From positions 1,099,490 through 1,163,489 of the forward strand of contig RHPI01003369.1 of assembly GCA_009103225.1 (NCBI GenBank): a stretch of DNA of 64,000 nucleotides, written 5' to 3'. This stretch comes from Chlorokybus atmophyticus. Lineage: Eukaryota; Plantae; Mesostigma and Chlorokybus algae. Both the position numbers and the translations under genes were made by a program. Of the stretch, positions 60,760 to 64,000 are shown in pieces (position 1 is the first letter of the stretch; each line of letters begins with the position of its first letter). Below the pieces are notes generated by a model. The model did no database searches. It saw only the letters and a program-made list of their open reading frames with translations, and was not told the origin of the DNA.

Positions 60760-61320
60760 GTGACAGGGTGAGACACCAATGATGATGTACATGAGAATGT
60801 ATTGATTGTTGGACGACACAGAGTACTTGATCTTGAAGGACAAGACATGCTACGCAGCGGCTGCAATCAACAATGTGGAGCAGCTGGAGATATTCAAGGA
60901 GGTGAAGATTGCTGTGGCGGGGCAAGGGTTATTAAAGGAGTACTCGCTGCAGCATGCATTATGGCCGCAGCGGTGCTGCACGCGGTGGAGTACCGTAGCT
61001 CTTAGCAAGAGAACTATCTTAGCTCTGAATAGAGAGGAAACCAACAGCAAGCAGGTTAAGCAACCGACAACAATGAGGGTAGCGACGGCGATGACAACAC
61101 CAACGGGGCGGAGCTGCTACGTGTGCGGTGCAGCCGACCACATTCAATGCGATTGTCCGAGGAGGGGCAGCAGCTTAAGGGAGACCCAAGCTGGTGTGGG
61201 CACTGCGGGAAGACATGCCACATGATGGATGAGTGTTATAGTAAGCATTCGGAGCCGAGACTGAGTGCGGGACGAGCACGAGCGGGGCGGATGCCGACGC
61301 AGCAGGTGACGACAGCATGA
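60760..61320 (+). pseudogene. Degenerate gag-like ORF with two CCHC zinc knuckles
   Basis: CYVCGAADHIQCDC and WCGHCGKTCHMMDECY in different frames; no pol recognised nearby. Confidence 0.5.
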
Positions 61321-62154
61321 GGGAGTGCCGTGGACATGACACTAATGACGGAAGCGGTCACGACCAGCAACGAGGCTTTGGAGGAGGCCACGGCGTTGCG
61401 CAACAAATTGAAAGAGTTGAAATCGGCCCTGGAGCAGTTTGCAAACGTGGATGCAAGGCATGCCATTTGAGTACGAAGCGTACGCGGTGTGGCAAATACG
61501 GCATACGTGCAGCTGACGCGGTTGGTGAGCACGTGCCCAATAAGCGGGATGGCTGCAACGCGCGCGAGGAGCTGGTTAGGACTAGCACGGAGGGGTGAAG
61601 GTTGAGAAGAAAGTGCAGGTATGTCATATTAAGACCATCACGGCACCAGAGCAGCAACATAAGGTGGAGGAGAAAATGGAGGTGGTGCGTACAGCTGCAC
61701 GCAGCGACGACGCCTGGATTCTCACAAGGCCGGCGATGCGTGCGCGTGCCGCGCGGCCACACGGCATATCCGAAAGTACATTGTATGGCAAGTTGACAAT
61801 TTGCCAATGTAACGCAATAAGATAAGTAAATAATAATAATAATAAAAACATACAGTCAACAAAATAACAACATAGATGCTGCAACAGTGCTTGTCTTTAC
61901 TACATGTGTCCATGCAGTAAGTGGCTGGTGCATAATGTGCCATCAAGTTATTGACCACAGATGCATTTGTGCGACGCAACTCTTCCTTGGTAGTGGGTGC
62001 AACATGTGGAAGGTCACCATTCTTCACAAATAATGCAATTGGCAGAGGTTGTAAAGAGAGAGGTATCATCGCCGCCGATTGTCCTCTACAACACTACCAC
62101 GGCGATCATAACGCCGCCATATGTAGAGCAGCTGCCAATAGAAAAGACGCTCCA

Positions 62155-63159
62155 TGATACAACCCACTCGACTATAAAAGGCTGGGTTCTTTTATGGTTG
62201 ATTTGTGGTATTTAATGTACCTTCCCGTTACATTCCCCCCCACTTAAGAACGCTGATGTAGCAGGTGCCGCTGTCGCCGCCGACAACCCTTCAATCCTCT
62301 ACCCCAACACCCACAGCGCCAACGATAAGCCTGTCAAGCCGCCGGTAGCATGACGTTGTGGCAGAAGACTGAATGAGGTCTCATCAATTGATGGGACCTT
62401 ATATATCAAGAATGTATCACGTATATGTGTCTCGACATGAAACTCACAAATGGATATCCACTCTATAGATGGGGTGACCGTTTGCAATCTAGCATGAGCC
62501 AATCATAGCTCAGACCCCCAACGATAAGGTACCTAAATATTAGATACCTATCGCAATATCTGGCTATTATGGTCGCATATATCGTATGCGACCCTAAACA
62601 GGCTTGAATAGGTGGTTCTACACCCGTCGGGACTTATAAAAGCTATCATAAGTTTGTTAAGTGAGGAACCGTAGAAAAGAGGTATAAACAAGTGTTAGAT
62701 ATACTTTACTTATACCAAATGTGTCATTTATGTAGCAGTATTACCCTTATTATTATTGCTCCCGTTACAGCTGATGTCCTTAGCAGCTGCCCATGCTCAG
62801 CTCGCCAACAGCTGGGGAATCATCCTCGGGGTTTGTTAGGGTCGGTCACCGGCCCCACGGCCAAGGCCCGGTTAATTTAGGCCCATACCAGTCAACGCGC
62901 GCATAGTGGGCCGCTGCCTGCCCCACATGTCACGTCCTGCCGCGCCGACTAAACGTCGGCGCGACCCATCGATAATGGCACCTATGAAGTGACCACTTAA
63001 CATGTTACTGGATCAAGAAACAACGACCGCGAAAATCGTGTGCAAGTCAGGAATTGAACCCGGTCTCAAGCTTCAATGACCAATGTCACAGCCCACTCCA
63101 CCATAACAGACTTGGTGCTTTTATGGTCGATTGAGGTATCATCGTACCTTCCCGATACA
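62155..63159 (-). mobile_element. TRIM copy 1 (older; about 487 bp without the nested insert)
   Basis: LTRs at 63084-63159 and 62155-62232, PBS-like TTGGTCATTGAAGC, PPT GGGGGGGAA, TSD CTCCA/CTCTA. The interior is collinear with 63424-63794. Confidence 0.9.
62257..62769 (-). mobile_element. Solo LTR (513 bp) nested in TRIM copy 1
   Basis: GCTGA|TGTAGC ... CCCGTTACA|GCTGA: perfect 5-bp TSD. Starts TGTAACGG on the minus strand; its left part resembles 55990-56050. Confidence 0.9.
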
Positions 63160-63344
63160 CTCTAACTGTGGCGGGCGCTGCATTTAAGCGAGCCATGTGG
63201 CCAACATCCATTTTTCATACGAGTTTATACACGATATAAAAACAAACAACACGATTTTACGACCTGGGAGACACTAGGATGGCTATCGTGGCCAAAGTTG
63301 TAGTCGAGTCGCTTTTTTATATATAAAACCTACATTAGGGGGGC

Positions 63345-63873
63345 TGTAACGGGAAGGTACAATATATTACCACAAATCGACCATAAAAGCGCCAAGTCTT
63401 TTGTGGTCGAGTGGGCTGTGACATTGGTCATCGGAGCTTGAGACCCGGGTTCGATTCCTGCCTTGCACACGAATTCCGCGGTCGTTGTTTCTCGATCCAA
63501 TAACATCGTAAATGGTCACTTTATGAGTGCCATCATCGATGGGTCGCGACTTGCCTAATGGCAGTCGCGCCGAACTGACCAGATCAGTTGGCGCGGCAGG
63601 GCGCGACCTGCCTATCGCGGCGACGCGACCTGTGGGGCCGGCAGCGGCGCGCTATGCGGGCGCTGACCGGTATGGGCCTAAATTAGCCGGTCCTTGGCTG
63701 TGGGGCCGGTGACCGACCCTAACAAACCCCTTGGGTAATTCCCCAGCTGACCGCGCAGCTGCCGAGGACGTCAGCGTTCTTAAGTGGGGGGGAATGTAAC
63801 GGGAAGGTACATTAAATTACCACAAATCGACCATAAAAGCACCAAGTCTTTTGTGGTCGAGTGGGCTGTGACA
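63345..63873 (+). mobile_element. TRIM copy 2 (529 bp): 79-bp LTRs, PBS-like site, PPT
   Basis: LTRs at 63345-63423 and 63795-63873 (3 differences), perfect TSD GGGGC, TTGGTCATCGGAGC after the 5' LTR, AGTGGGGGGGAA before the 3' LTR, no ORF. Confidence 0.95.
63404..63458 (+). promoter_or_regulatory. tRNA-type (Pol III type 2) A-box and B-box spanning the TRIM 5' LTR/PBS junction
   Basis: TGGTCGAGTGG at 63404-63414 and GGTTCGATTCC at 63448-63458; start-to-start spacing 44 nt. Confidence 0.65.
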
Positions 63874-64000
63874 GGGGCCTTCCACTTTGATGTTAATTAA
63901 GGCGCCGGGATCCTTTTTTGAGATAACACCATGTTATAGGGGTCAAGCCTTTATATATTCTCTACGCGGCAATGTGTTATTGTGGCATGTATGCCACAAT

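Noticed and set aside
63396-63470. Possible bona fide tRNA gene
   Set aside because: Anticodon and acceptor stems do not pair and the region is embedded in a TRIM, so it is reported as a tRNA-like promoter instead.

Overview
Intron-rich nuclear DNA from a green-lineage eukaryote, probably an alga. This is inferred from plant-like eIF6, mitochondrial uL13, TMEM214, Agenet domains and telo-boxes; the standard genetic code is used. There are seven recognisable host genes: DUF4470-MYND (frameshifted), an OSCA/CSC1 channel, an 11-beta-HSD/steroleosin-like SDR, eIF6, TMEM214, uL13m, and a CHD-type remodeller with an unusual Agenet-Agenet-ePHD-PHD-PHD-chromo-chromo-SNF2 architecture. They are interspersed with mobile DNA: several Penelope-like elements with N-terminal GIY-YIG (Chlamys type; one near full length, one short non-autonomous derivative), a pogo-type MITE, two decayed Ty3/gypsy elements (one a chromovirus with a hairpin-tiled LTR), two solo LTRs with perfect TSDs, and two copies of a ~0.5 kb TRIM. 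The most interesting signal is the TRIM: its 5' LTR/PBS junction forms a tRNA-like body with A-box, D-arm and B-box at tRNA spacing, suggesting a Pol III-driven miniature LTR retroelement. The next most interesting is a conserved 41-51 nt intron-like unit in the 3' region of five Penelope-like copies. Assembly marks: single Ns at 20579 and 23392, and an N gap at 51340-51596. Gene ends and exon joins were read by eye and are approximate where stated.
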